This document shows, piece after piece, positions 34,930 to 47,831 of a stretch of 64,000 bases of DNA. This DNA comes from Mobula hypostoma. Taxonomy: Eukaryota. The stretch covers positions 10,602,001 to 10,666,000 of the forward strand of contig NC_086108.1 of NCBI RefSeq assembly GCF_963921235.1. The letters run 5' to 3'. Under the pieces are notes generated by a model. It made no database searches. It was given only the letters and a program-made list of their open reading frames with translations, and had not been told where the DNA came from. Numbering within the stretch: position 1 is the stretch's first letter; each line of letters begins with the position of its first letter. The position numbers and the translations under genes were made by a program.

Positions 34930-37900
34930 CTCCACCAGCAAGGCTCTGAATCAGCAGAAAGCCAGGTCCCCACCCTCCTCATGCCAGAAGGTGGTGCAGG
35001 CCTCTTGGCCCTCATTCTTGCTGTAAGTGCACTAATGTCACAACTGATCTTTCACATCAGCATTACCTCTCTGCAACCACCCCCACCCATATTTAAATCT
35101 GTGGCCGGGAGAGAAACTACACCTTACTTCCTTGAAAGATCACATTGGGCCTGCTGGGATGTGCTTTGCTTTGATTGTAGACAGTCTGAAATGGAACCCT
35201 TTTATTTCTAAGTTCCAAAGGCTGACTCATTCTGTGGAGTAGCAGTTTCGCTGTCTCTGCTCCACAGCGATCTCTCTGCCCATGTTGGCTTTGTTCCTTT
35301 TATTCCTGAGCTGTTGCCTCTAGCACAGTACCTTTGCAAAGATGTTTCTTTAGTGTATATGCAAAGCACTTTTTCTTTCAAGAATTATGCGACACAGTCA
35401 AGCACTTCTTTCACCAGTACTGAACCAGTTATTGCACAGTGGTACACAATAGACATAGAGCACTACAACACAGAAACAGGCCATTCAGCACACCTAGTCT
35501 GTGCCAAACTAATAATCCGCCTAGTCCCGTCAACACGCACCCAGGACATAACCTCCCATACCCCTCCCATCCATGTACCTATCCAAATGACACTTAAATG
35601 CTGAAATCAAAATTGCATCCATCACTTATGCTGGCAGCTCATCCCACACTCTCCTCACCCTCTGAGTGAAGAAGATTCCCCTTACCATTTCACCTTTCAC
35701 CCTTAACCATGGCCCCTAGTTCTTGTCTTACCCAACCTCGGGGTACATGCAAGCAGGCTTTTCCCACTATCTATACTTTTCATAATTTTGTATACCTGTC
35801 CAATCTCGCCTCATTCTCGTACGCTCCAGGGAGTAAAGTCCTAACAAACTGTACAAACAGGAATTATGATAAAGGTCTTTGTCTGTTACTGTTCCAGTTG
35901 GAAATCAGCTGGAATTCCTACTCATTAATTTCCATGCCTGCCTCTTTCATCAGTCTTTGGCCACACAGAGCGATCTGACTTCCCTGATCTTTGTGATCCC
36001 TCATCAGAAGGTAACATTTCCGACCTTACAAGTCTTTAACCTATCCTTTTTATCAGAACTTTGGGAAAACTAACAAAATCTCCAATGTTTCTGCCCTCTG
36101 GAAAATTTCAGTCTATCATTCATCTACCAAGGATTTCAAACCCAGGGTCCATAGACCTCTTGGTTAGTGGTAAGGATCCACGGAATAAAAAAGCTTGGGA
36201 ATCCCTGACCTACACCTTCTCTTCTTCACTTAGTCAAACCTACTGTCATTCAGTTGTCAACTAGCCCATCCTGCCAGAATACTCCAGATACTCTAAACTC
36301 TAAAACAAGTGACTTCATCTCCTCTCAACTGCCTGCTTGGACAGAGACACAAGAAACAATTCCTTTGGGGAGAGGCTGGATGAACTTGGGTTGATTTCTC
36401 TGGAGTGTCAGGGGCCGAGGGAGATCTGATAGAGGTGTAGAAGATTATGAGATGCATAGACAGAGTAGATGAGGAGTATCTGTTTCCCAGGGTAGAAACG
36501 TCTAAATCCAGAAGGTATAAATTGAAGGTGAGAGGGGGTAGGTTCAACGGGGATGTGAGGGGGTAAGTTTTGTTACTCAGATGCCTGGAATGTGCTGCTT
36601 GATATGGTGGTAGAAGCAAGTACATTAGAGGCTTTTAGGAGATGTTTAGATAGCCACATGGATGTGAGGAAGATGGAGGGATATGGACATTGTGTAGGCA
36701 GGAGAGATTAGTTTTTGGGTGTTTTTGATTTGCTTTTTAGCTGGTTCAGCACAACATTGCGGGCCGAATGGCCAGGTCCTGTTCTGTACTGTTCTATGTT
36801 TTACTCTGAGGATTCATTTGCTCACTATGAGATCCCCCTCTCCCAACTCAACCAGCACCTCAAAGCAGGAGGCACTTGAGAAGATGCTGGAACTTTACCG
36901 CTAAAACATCCGTCTTTCAAGGCCACTGCGAATATTCTCCTTAATGCTGTGTTAGCAAATTTCAAATCCTATTAATTTTTAATGTCAAACATTATAAATG
37001 GGAATTAGTAAGACAGTGTGGTAATGACCATTTTTAATTTGTGTTTGTGTATAGATTAAAATAATCAGATTGCTGTTTCCTGTGAAGGAGATTTTCTTCA
37101 TGACTTCATCTTTGTGCTTCAGGCTTTCCAGGTGATGTCACTGTTGGGAGAGGTGGGAAGCACTGATTCAAGAGATGTTGTCTGAAATAATTCCTAGTCA
37201 TACTGATCAGGAATGTTTTAGTGACATTGGAGAGGGTTCCAGGACTGAAGAGCTTATCACACGAGGAGCATTTGATGTTTTTGGGCCTGTACTCACTGGA
37301 ATTCAGAAGAATGAGTGGTGACCTCATTGAATGTTGAAAGCCCTCAGTAGAGTGGATCTGGGGTGGATGCTTCCTTGGGTGGGGGAGCCGAAGAGCAGTG
37401 GACACAGCCTCAGAATAAAGGGACATCCGTTTAGAAAAGAAATGAGGAGGAATTTGTTTAGCCAGAGAATGGTAAATCTGTGGGTTGCCATGGGCAGCTG
37501 TGGAGGCCAAGTCATTGGGTATATTTAAGACAGAGGTTGATCGATCTCTAGTTAGTCAGGGATACGGGCTGAAGGCAGCAGATTGGGGCTGAGAGGGAAA
37601 ATGAATCAGCCGTGATGAAATGGCAGAGCAGATTCAATGGAACGAAGGGCTGAATTCTGCTCCGATATTTTATGGTCTTACAAGTTGGAGCATTAGAAAC
37701 CTGACTGTGATGGTTGCTTTCCCTCTCTGCTGTCTTGCAAGCGTTAGGTCGGTGCAGCTTGTTGGGATGTTGATATGGAACACAGAATACTTACAGCATA
37801 GTAAAGATTGAACTGCGAGACAGAGAAAAACAAAACAATTTTACACTCTAATCCAACACCTCCAATATCTTGATCTCAACCCTGCAGCGAGAGATTGGCT

Positions 37901-38639
37901 GGTGGATGTGACCACCATTCATCTGAGTGGCAAAGACAAATGTAACATTAATGTCAGGTAGCAAAACAAGATAAATCTGGAGCAAACAACTCAGTGGTAG
38001 CCTGCTTGGAATCTTAATCAACTGATCAATAATTGGAATAGACTTTCCAGTGTGTTAGTGGATGTATTTAAGACATAGTTAGAAACTGTCACGGGGCAAA
38101 AAAAAAAAATCGGTCCTGAACAGTTGGATCCGCGGTGACAGGTCAAGTAACGGCTCTCATTCCTGTCAGGGGAAAACAAAAGGGAAATTAGGATTGGCTG
38201 GAATAATCTCTCAGAGTGCACTTGTCCAATGTTCCTCTTTGGTAAAGCAAATAACGGTTTGCTCTCTCAGGTAAAGATAGTGATCCAATGCCCATTGTGT
38301 CAGGGCCATTATAACCTGTGAACATCACATATGGTGAACATCCTGAAGAGCTGGTGCTTCAAGAAGATGGCGTCCATCACCAAGGACTCTCGTTACTACC
38401 ATTGAGGACCTTAAGACATAGGAGCAAAATTAGGCTATTCAGCTCATCGAACCTCTCTGCTGAGTTATTATCCCTCTCAACCCCATTCTCGCACCTCTCC
38501 CAGTAATCTTTGATGCTCTTACTAATCAAGATCCTATCAACCTCTCTTTCGAAGATCGCCAATGACATGGCCCTTACGGCCATCTGTGGCATTGAATTCC
38601 ACAGGTTCACCACCCTCTGGCGACACAAATTCCTCCTCA

Positions 38640-38925
38640 TCTGTCTTCTTGCGCTGGTTTGGTTGAGTTGTTCTCCGATCTTGGCAATCTTCTTGCAAAT
38701 GTTTTGTCACCATCTGAGGAGACCACCAGTGCGCTGTTGATTGTGGTGTGCCCTCCGAATGCTTGAAAACCACACTTCCAGGAATTCTCTTGCGTATGAC
38801 ATGTATTCGCTTGCGCCATGACTTTCACCGATACTGCAGCCGAATTTGTGCCCCTCTCGATCTTCATGGGTAGAGAGGTGGGAGAGTTGCTCACTCCACT
38901 TTACAGCCAGTTGATGTCTCATCAG
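38640..38925 (-). mobile_element. Penelope-like family B relic (GIY-YIG C-terminus plus degenerate hammerhead)
   Basis: YAREFLEVWFSS. Degenerate hammerhead at 38694-38733. Confidence 0.6.
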
Positions 38926-38927
38926 GA

Positions 38928-39055
38928 GAGCAAACAGTCAATGTTTCAGGCCAAGACCCTTCATTGATCCTGATGAAGGGAAAACATTGACTGTTTGCTC
39001 TTTTCCATAGATGCTGCCTGGCCAGATGAGTTCCCCCAGCACTTTGCTTATGTTG
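38928..39055. mobile_element. Short inverted pair of Penelope family A ends
   Basis: GAGCAAACAGTCAATGTTT ... AAACATTGACTGTTTGCTC arms around CTTCAT/CTGATGAAG. Confidence 0.75.
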
Positions 39056-39061
39056 CAAGAA

Positions 39062-39564
39062 GTTCAGCTGTTTTTCAGACCAAACATCAGAATGGGGAAG
39101 AAATGTGATCTAAGTGACTTTGACCGTGGAATGGTTGTTGGTGCCAGGCAGGGTGGTTTGAGCATCTCAGAAACTGCTGATCTCCTGTGATTTTCACGCA
39201 CAATGGTCTCTAGAGCAGGGGTTCCCAACCAGAAGTCCATGGACCCCTCAGTTAATGGTAGGGGTCCATGGCATAAAAAAGGTTGGGAACCCCTGCTCTG
39301 GAGTTTACAGACAATGCGCAAGAACAAAAGACATCCAGTGAGTGGTAGTTCTGTGGGTGAAAATGCTTTGTTAACGAGAGAGGTCAGAGAAGAATGGCCA
39401 GAGTGGTTCAAACTGACAGGAAGATGACAATAACTCAGATACCCACACATTACAATAGTGGTGTGCAGAAGAGCTTCTCTGAATGTACATCATCTTAAAC
39501 TTAACAGCAGTAGAAGACCACGCTGGGTTCTATTCCCGTACTAATAAACAGGCCACTGAGGGTA
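39062..39564 (+). mobile_element. Deleted Tc1-like transposon (transposase N-terminus plus right TIR); an inverted partial copy lies at ~39715-39915
   Basis: MGKKCDLSDFDRGMVVGARQGGLSISETADLL (paired-like HTH). End CTAATAAACAGGCCACTGAGGGTA. Confidence 0.85.
39216..39295. mobile_element. 80-bp palindromic hAT-Charlie-type MITE
   Basis: TIRs CAGGGGTTCCCAACC and GGTTGGGAACCCCTG. 8-bp TSD CTCTAGAG/CTCTGGAG. Diverged copies near 30358-30436, 31958-32036 and 36128-36208. Confidence 0.92.
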
Positions 39565-40589
39565 TGTCTTTGCACTGCACTGCTGCAGCAGAACAACATG
39601 GTGCACATTGTTGAAGCTGGTGATAACAGACCTTATTCAGATTCCGATTCTCTATTTCTGATTTGGAGAGCTTGTTCTACATCAACTTAATTGGCAAAAG
39701 AAAGGTTTCTAAGATACTCAAACCACCCCATCTGACACCAACAATCACTCCACACTCAGAGTCACTGAGATCACATTTCTCCCCCATTCTGATGTTTGGT
39801 CTGAACAATAGCCGAACTTCTTGACCATGTTTTTATACATTGAGTTGCTGCTGCATGATTGGCTGATTAGATACTTGCATTAACGAGCGGTTGTGCCAGT
39901 CTACCTCATAAAGCGGAGAAGATGGGCCAAAAGGCACACTTCGGTGCGGGACATCACCATGACTCTGAGAAATGTGTTTTGCATGTTACACTTAGTGGAA
40001 CCCTACTGCTATAACTCAGGCTGAGACAATTGAAAGGCACGATTGAAATATAACAGTTAAAGGCTGAAATTACACAGGCCATTAAATGTCGTGTGTTCTC
40101 TGGACTAATGGAGCATGTAGCTGTTACTTAGCGATTTCCCTCTCCACAAAACCATTAATGGATGCCACAGTTAATCATCCTTCCTTTTCCCAGAGAATCC
40201 TGCCTCCAATTACAGTTTTCACTCTTGCTGGGAATTCAATAGTCAGCATACACAGTGAAGGACATGGCAAGGCGAAGTGAACCATTATTATTGTTATTGT
40301 AATGGCGATATAACATGGAATTGGCTCTTCTGGCCCACCAAACCGCGCTGCTCAGCAACGCCTGATTTAATCCCAGCCTAATCACAGGACAATTTACAAT
40401 GACTAATTAACCTACCGACCGCAACATTTTTTGGACTGTGAGAGGAAACTGGAGCAATCGGAGAAAATCCATGCTTTCCATGTAAAAATTCCTTACAGAT
40501 GGCATCAGAATTGTACTCCTAACTCCAACGTCCCCAAGCTGCTGACCGCTACGCTACCACGGCTCCTGAATGTCTTTGATTAGAATCCT

Positions 40590-41360
40590 GGAGTCATAGA
40601 TAAATACAACACAGAAACAGGCTCTTCAGCCCATCATTCTGTGCTGAACCATTTAAACTACCTACTCCCATCAACCCGCACTGGGACCATAGTCTTCCAT
40701 ACCCTTACCATCCACGTACCTATCCAAACTTCGCTTCAATGTTGAAATCGAGCTGGCATGTACCACTTGAGCTGCAACTCATTCCACATGCTCGTGATCC
40801 TCTGAGTGAAGAAGTTTCCCTCATGATCCCCTTAAACTTTTCAGCTTTCATCCTTAACCTATGACCTCTAGTTGCAGTCCCACCAAACCCCAGTGGAAAA
40901 TGCCTACTTGTATTTACCCTTTCTATATCCCACATAATTTTGTATACCTCCGTCAAATCTTCCTTCAGTCTTCTCCACTCCAACAAATAAAGTCCTAACC
41001 TATTCAATCCTTCCTTATGACTCAGGTCCTCCAGACCTGGTAATATCCTTGTAAATTTTCTCTATGCTCTTTCAACTTTGTTTACATCTTTCCTGTAGGC
41101 AGGTGACCAAAACTGCACACAATACTCCAAATAAGGCTCACCAACATCTTATACAAATTCAACACAATATCCCATCACCTGTGCTCAGTACTTTGATTTA
41201 TGAAGGCCAATGTGCAAAAAGCTTTTTTTTTACCCTATCTACCTGTGAAATCACTTTCAATGTCTTATGGACCTGTATCCTCAGATCCCTTTGTTCTACT
41301 GCACTCCTCAGTGCCCTACTGTAGATTGTCTAAAATCTATCCTGGTTGGCTCTACCAATG
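40590..41360 (-). mobile_element. CR1 3' fragment
   Basis: NRLGLYLLEWRRLKEDLTEVYKIM motif and CR1 3' UTR. Confidence 0.88.
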
Positions 41361-41574
41361 TGAGTTATTGATTCTGAAACAATAATTTGAGAATGCTGAT
41401 CTGAAGTTTTCTAGGGTTTTTGGCTGTAATTCCTGTTTGAGGTCAACAGGGGGCATGTTATGTCCTATTCCCCATGACAACAAAGGGTCCAATGAGGAGA
41501 AAGATCAACAAAACCCATAGATGCTAGAAATAATCAGAAAGCTGAAGATGGTGGTGAATGTTGGTAGCTTGGGT

Positions 41575-41915
41575 TGAGATGTTTGATGTTGTGATGTTTA
41601 GTGAACTTGTTAATTAGGTTGCAGATGTTTCATCACCAGTCGAGGTGACATCCTCAGTGCACAGTGGTTGGTGTTTCTCTCTGGGAGTGCTTGCGTTTAT
41701 ATAGGCCCCCTATTCGCTTGCCTCTGTCCTGATCGGCTACCCCTTCAGTTGACCTTTGAATCCTATTACCTCACATTTCTTCTGCTCTTCAGCATTCGTA
41801 GATGGCATCTATTTCAATATGCTTACTTACGGAGTGATCAGAAGTGAACCACACTTCTAAAAACTCCCGTGGCTGCTTTGTATTTGCCTTTGCCAGAACC
41901 TCTGTGATAATAAAA
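41575..41915 (-). mobile_element. Penelope-like family B 3' end: GIY-YIG C-terminus plus pseudo-LTR
   Basis: LAKANTKQPREFLEVWFTSDHSVSKHIEIDAIY, followed by TATATAAA and a hammerhead motif. Confidence 0.75.
41620..41661 (-). ncRNA. Minimal type I hammerhead ribozyme motif, family B
   Basis: TGCA CTGAGGA T GTCACC TCGACT GGTGAT GAAAC ATC TGCA: helix I, CUGANGA core, 6-bp helix II, GAAA, NUC site. Confidence 0.75.
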
Positions 41916-44465
41916 TATAACCAATAGATTGCTGCTTCAGAACTCAATGTGAGTCCCCGCACCTTGCCCATCTCACCCTTCCACTCCTCAAAGATCTGTC
42001 GGCGAAATCAAAGTCAACTTTTATGAGAAAGAATAACGTTCATTCGGGAAAAAAAAACTGGAAGAAAGCATTTTGTCAGAAGAGCGTTCCTCTTAATGGA
42101 AAGCATAATGCACTTTGTAGAACAGGCAGTACCCCTAGAGGGTGAAGTTAGCCAACAGGAATCATCTGCTTAAATAGAAAATCACTTTCACATGTAGAAG
42201 ACACAATGTGCAGTCCTCAAAGCAAAAATTAACTCAACTGAAGTATGTAGGCCAGAATGGGTAAAGTTCTTTGGTTCTTCAACACTATCCTTTCATCTCC
42301 GCAGGCTCCACAAGCACAGAGTGGTTAAGAAGGTGTATGCTTTGTTGACCTTCATTAGCAGGATTGAGTTCACGAGCCACAAGGCAATGATGCAGCTCTA
42401 TAAAACCCTGGTTAGACCACACTTGGAGTATTATGTTCATATCTGGTCCCCTCATTATAGGAAGGTTGTGGAAACTTTAGTGGGGGTGCAGAGGAGGTTT
42501 ATCATGATGCTCAAACACAAGAAAATCTGCAGATGCTGGAAATCCGAAGCAACATGCACAAGATGTAGAGGAACTCAGCAGCCCAGACATCATCTATGGA
42601 TAAGCGTGAACAGTCGACGCTTTGGGCGGAGACCCTTCATCAGGACAGGAAGGGAAAGGGGAAAGAACCAGCAGACATAATTTTAAGGTGATTGGATGAG
42701 ATTAATGGGTTGGGGGGATGTCAGAGGAAGGTTTTTTTAAACAGCGAGTGGTGGACGCGTGGAATGCACTGCCAGGGGTGGAGGAAGAGACAGATACACT
42801 AGGACATTTAAGAAACTCTTAGATAGGCACATGAATGATAGGAAAATGGAGGGTTATGTGAAAGGAAAGAGTTAGATTAGTCTTAGAGTAGGTTAAATTG
42901 TGGGCCAAAGGGCCTGTACTGTTATACGTTCTGCCTTTACATGATGTAGAACACAGACCATAATACCAACCCTACTGAGACTGATATACTGTCTAGACCT
43001 AGGAGGACACCACCCTTACAGCAATTTTATTTAACCCAATTTCAAACCCATGACCTCTGTCACCAAGGACAAGGGCAGAAGGGTGCGAGGGAACAACACC
43101 ATCTCCAAGACCAGTAGAAATATTTCCATCTCCCCGAGTCTAAATCCTGGCACCCTCTCCAGAAAGGTGCTGGAAAAGGGCCAGTAACATCATGAAGGAT
43201 CCCAGCCACGCTGCTGATGGACTGTTTGTCCCACTCCCATCAGGGAGGAGGCTATGTAACGTCCATACCAGGACCACCAGGCTCAAAAACAGTTACTTCC
43301 CCCAAGCAGCAAGGCTGATCAACACCTCCACCCACTAACCCACCCCTCCACACCCCCAACCACCACTACTTTATCATTTCCTGTCAGTCACCTTATGTAT
43401 AGATACTCCTGTGCCCAGTGTCACTTTACGAACATATCATCAATCCATGTTTACAAGCTCAAAGTACATTTATTATCAAAGAATGTATAAATTATACAAC
43501 CTAGAAATTTGTCTGCCTCCAGGCAGCCTCAAAGCAAGAAACCCGAAAGAACCCCATTAGAAAAAATAAAGACCAACCCCCCAATGCACAAGCAAAAGGA
43601 ATAAAAAATCATGAAAACAATAGAAGCCATCAACAACATTCCTAACAAATTTGAGTCCTTGGATCCAAATCCATGGAGCAGCCTGGAGCAGGCCCAAAGC
43701 CTCGGTCTCAATTCATCAGATTAGCCAGGCAAATCACTGTGAAGCTCGCAGACACCAAGCACAGCAGCCGGGGCAGCCTCACAACCTCAACGTCATGGAG
43801 AGAGGAGCGAATCACAGGAGAGCGAGTGAAATCAGCCCGACTCTCGACACCCTGCCTTTCAGTCTATCGGGGCTGGCGTTTAAATTGTCCAAACAGTGGA
43901 TTTTACATCGCAATAGGACCTGGCCTACACCGCAGTGAAGTGCTCCAGGCCTAGACCACGCTGCCAAGCGGTTCGCTCTCGGCCTAGAGCCTGTCACCCA
44001 GCTGGAACTGTTTTCACTTTTCCAAATGGGCTTAGAAGGATTCAACCTCAACCTCGCACCCAGGTTCATTGGATGAGCATCGGCTCTTCTCTGCCTTGAC
44101 TCTTCCTTTCTGAATCGTTCAACTTCACCTGCATCCATTTTGTGACTCACCAGCGCAACTCATCTCTCAAATTCACTACGCCTCAGCTATCTTGCCTAGT
44201 TATTGTGTTTCTTTTTCACTATTATCGTGCCCGTTATCTTATCGTGTTGTTTCTTTGCATCCAGAGCCACAATTATTTCATTTGCCTTTATACTTCTGTA
44301 CTGGAAATGACACTAAACAATTCTGAGTCTTGAATCTCTCCATAAAATAAGAGTGCAGTGGCTTGAGAAGAGAGCTCACAATCAGCTTCTCAAGGGCAGT
44401 TGGTAATACACAATTATAACGCCCACACCCCACACAAACAAAAAACATTGTGTGTGTGCCGCATC

Positions 44466-44475
44466 CCTTATAAGG
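44466..44475. promoter_or_regulatory. Consensus CArG box (SRF site) in a non-repetitive island
   Basis: CCTTATAAGG matches CC(A/T)6GG. Motif match only. Confidence 0.25.
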
Positions 44476-44839
44476 CCTTTTTTTTACAGCCAGGTACACT
44501 CTGGTACAATGGCTGAATGTGGAAGGAGCTGACTGCAAAGATCTGGCATGGCTGTGGATATTTTCATCCCACACATCAATACAATAAGCATTGAGTTAGC
44601 TTGCAAATCGAACAGACCAGAATAACGGCTGAATCCATTTCCTTCACCAATTTGCCATAAATACAGGAGACATTAGCAAACATCAGCATGTTAAATTTTA
44701 ACTTTCTTTCAGCACTTTCCTCCTTTTTATTTGCTCTCTGGGCAGTTCATGGTGTTATTGAACGCAATATCTCTAACAAATGGAACCATTCAGCTGCTGG
44801 AAGGGATTCATTTATATAAATCCATGAATGGCTACACTT

Positions 44840-45690
44840 TCCATCAGCCTCCACATCCAACAGATTATCCTCTACAACATCCGCTGTCCCCAAAGGGATT
44901 CTACCACTAAACAGATCTTTAACTCCCTCCCCCTTGCTTGCTTTTTGCAAGGATCCCTCCCTTGTCTGTTCATCCCTCCCCACTAATCTCCCTCCAGTCG
45001 CTTATCTCTGTAAGCAGCCTATGTGCTACACCTCCATTCAGGGCTCCAAACAGTTCTCCCAGGTGAGTCAACACTTCACCTGCAAATCTGCTGGGACCAC
45101 CTATTGTGTCCGGTGCTCCTGATGCGGCCTCCTCTACATTGGTGAGACCCAACGAGCACCTCCATATGGAGCATCCACCATAAGTGGGACTACCAGTGGC
45201 CAAACATTTTAATTCCCGTTCTGACGTGCCAGCCCATGGCCTCCTCTTGTGCCGAGATGAGACTACCCTCAGGGTGGAGGAGCAACACCTTCTATTCCAT
45301 CTGGGTAGCCTCCAGCCTGAAGGAGTCAATATTAATTTCTCCTTCCGGTGAAAATGTTTACCCCCTCCACTATTCCCCTCTCTGACCTTTTACTTCTCGC
45401 CTGCCTATTACCTCCCCTGGGTCACCTCCTCCTTCCCTTTCTCAACTTGCACACCCTCCTCGCCTATCAGGCTCTTTCTTCTGCAGCCTTGGTCTTTTCC
45501 CACCCACTTGGCTTCACCCATCACCTTCCAGATGTCCTCGTTCCCCTACCCCCCACCTTTTTATTCCAGCATCTCCCACTTCCTTCTCAATCCTGAAGAA
45601 GGGTCTTGGCCCCAAAATATCAACTTTTTACTCTGTTCCCTAGATGCTGCCTGACCTGCTGAGTTCCACCAGTATTTGTGTGTCTGACAA
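44840..45690 (+). mobile_element. Penelope-like element family A, 3' ~850 bp including a GIY-YIG endonuclease relic
   Basis: FTCKSAGTTYCVRCS*CGLLYIGET at ~45075-45150 and EEQHLLFHLGSLQPEGVNINF. Degenerate hammerhead near 45589-45625. Family A terminal motif. Confidence 0.85.
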
Positions 45691-45728
45691 GCGCTGTTTG
45701 AGCTCATCTCTCCTGGAGTGAAAGGAAA

Positions 45729-45800
45729 TGGTCTGAACGGGAATCAAATTCCGGTTACTGGCTTGAAAGTCCAACACTCTTATCACTGTACCACTGAGGA
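45729..45800 (-). pseudogene. tRNA-like relic (possible tRNA-Glu pseudogene or SINE head)
   Basis: Minus strand TGGTACAGTGA (A-box-like), CTTTCAA (anticodon-loop-like), ATTTGATTCCC (B-box-like). Stems pair poorly. Confidence 0.3.
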
Positions 45801-46153
45801 TTGAGAGTGAACCTCACTGCAGAAGCTATGATGCAGACAGGAATTGATGTTCAAAGTAAATTTTATTATCAGAGTACATATATGTCACCACTTACAACCC
45901 TGAGATTCATTTTTCCTGCAGGCATACTTGGAAAATCTATAGAATAGTAACTGTAACAGGATCAATGAAAGATCAACCAGAGTGCAGAAGATAACAAACT
46001 GTGCAAATGCAAATATAAATAAATAGCAATAACATGAGATAGAGTCCTTAAAGTGAGATCATTGGTTGTGGGAACATCTCAATCGATGGGGCAAATGAGT
46101 GTAATTATCCCCCTTTGTTCAGGAGCCTGATGGTTGAAGGGGTAGTAACTGTT

Positions 46154-46890
46154 ACATGGAAACATAGAAAATAGGTGCAGGAGTAGGCTATTCGGCCCTA
46201 CGAGCCTGCACCGCCATTCAGTATGATCATGGCTGATCATCCAACTCAGAACCCTGTACCTGCCTTCCCTCCATACCCCCCGATCCCTTTAGCCACAGGG
46301 GCCATATCTAACTCCCTCTTAAATATAGCCAATGAACTGGCCTCAACTGTTTCCTGTGGCAGAGAATTCCACAGATTCACCACTCTCTGTGTGAAGAAGT
46401 TTTTCCTCATCTCAGTCCTAAAAGGCTTCCCCTTTATCCTCAAACTGTTCTGGACTTCCCCAACATCGGGAACAATCTTCCTGCATCTAGCCTGTCCAAT
46501 CCCTTTAGGATCTTATATGTTTCAATCAGATCCCCCCTCAATCTTCTAAATTCCAACGAGTACAAGCCCAGTTCATCCAGTCTTTCTTCATATGAAAGTC
46601 CTGCCATCCCAGGAATCAATCTGGTGAACCTTCTTTGTACTCCCTCTAAGGCAAGGATGTCTTTCCTCAGATTAGGGGACCAAAACTGCACACAATACTC
46701 TAGGTGTGGTCTCACCAAGGCCTTGTACAACTGCAGTAGTACCTCCCTGCTCCTGTACACGAATCCTCTTGCCATGAATGCCAGCATACCATTCGCCTTT
46801 TTCACCACCTGCTGTACCTGCATGCCCACTTTCAATGACTGGTGTACAATGACACCCAGGTCTCGTTGTACCTCCCCTTTTCCTAATCGG
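46154..46890 (-). mobile_element. Young CR1 3' copy inserted in an older LINE tail (45849-47250)
   Basis: Near-identical to 10836-11580. Small deletion at ~46448. CTGTT flanks both ends. Confidence 0.93.
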
Positions 46891-47831
46891 CCTGTTCCCC
46901 TGTTCCTGAACCTGGTAGTGTGAATCCTGGGGCTCTACTACCCTTATGGCACAGCTAGAGAGCACAACCTGGGTGTTGAGGATCTCTGACGATGGCTGCT
47001 GCTTTTCTATGGTAACATTTCATGTACATGTGCTCAATGGTTGGGAGGGCTTTATCCATGAGGGACTGGATTGAATCCACCTACCTTTTGTAGGATTTTC
47101 TATTCAAGGGCATTAGCCATGATGCAGCCAGTCAATACACTCACCACAACACATCTATAGAAGTTTGTCAAAGCTTTAAATATCATGCCAAATCTCAGCA
47201 GACTCCTTAGGAAGTAGAGTCACTGCCAGGCTCTCTTCACAATTTCATTTACAAATGCATTTAGTGTGCAGATTGTAGAGTATATTTTACTTCCTTTTAG
47301 CAAAGGTGGTTAAAAACAGTCAACCAGTCCAACTTGAAAATGCAGAAATCCAAACACAAATTTAGAAATCCAAGATCTCAACGCACAAATCAGACCCAGA
47401 AGTGGCAGGCAGTAAGCAGACAGCAAAACGCCACAGAAAAGACTCGAAAGAAAACTATACCAGAGACTCTTACACAACCACACTTTAGGCTGAGCAGAGT
47501 AAGGTATAGGAAGCAGGATTTAAATATACAGAATTAATTGGGGTCTTGTGCAGTCAATGATCAAGAGAGTCCGATCAGTTCCGAAAAAACCTTAGGTCTG
47601 CCCCCTGCTGGGCAACCCTGGAATAGACTGAGATAGACATCCTGATGCTAAACCTACATCAGAACAGCATCAGGTGAGAACAAACATTCCTGAAAATTCC
47701 CATCTCAATTTCCACATTGAAATTGACATGCTTTTTTGTTCAACTCTAGGCTGCCCAAAGTTTACTTTTGATGGTGTGGTGATGAGATAGCCGGTTGGCA
47801 CAGTCAAAAATCTTTGACTGCATGGTATCCA

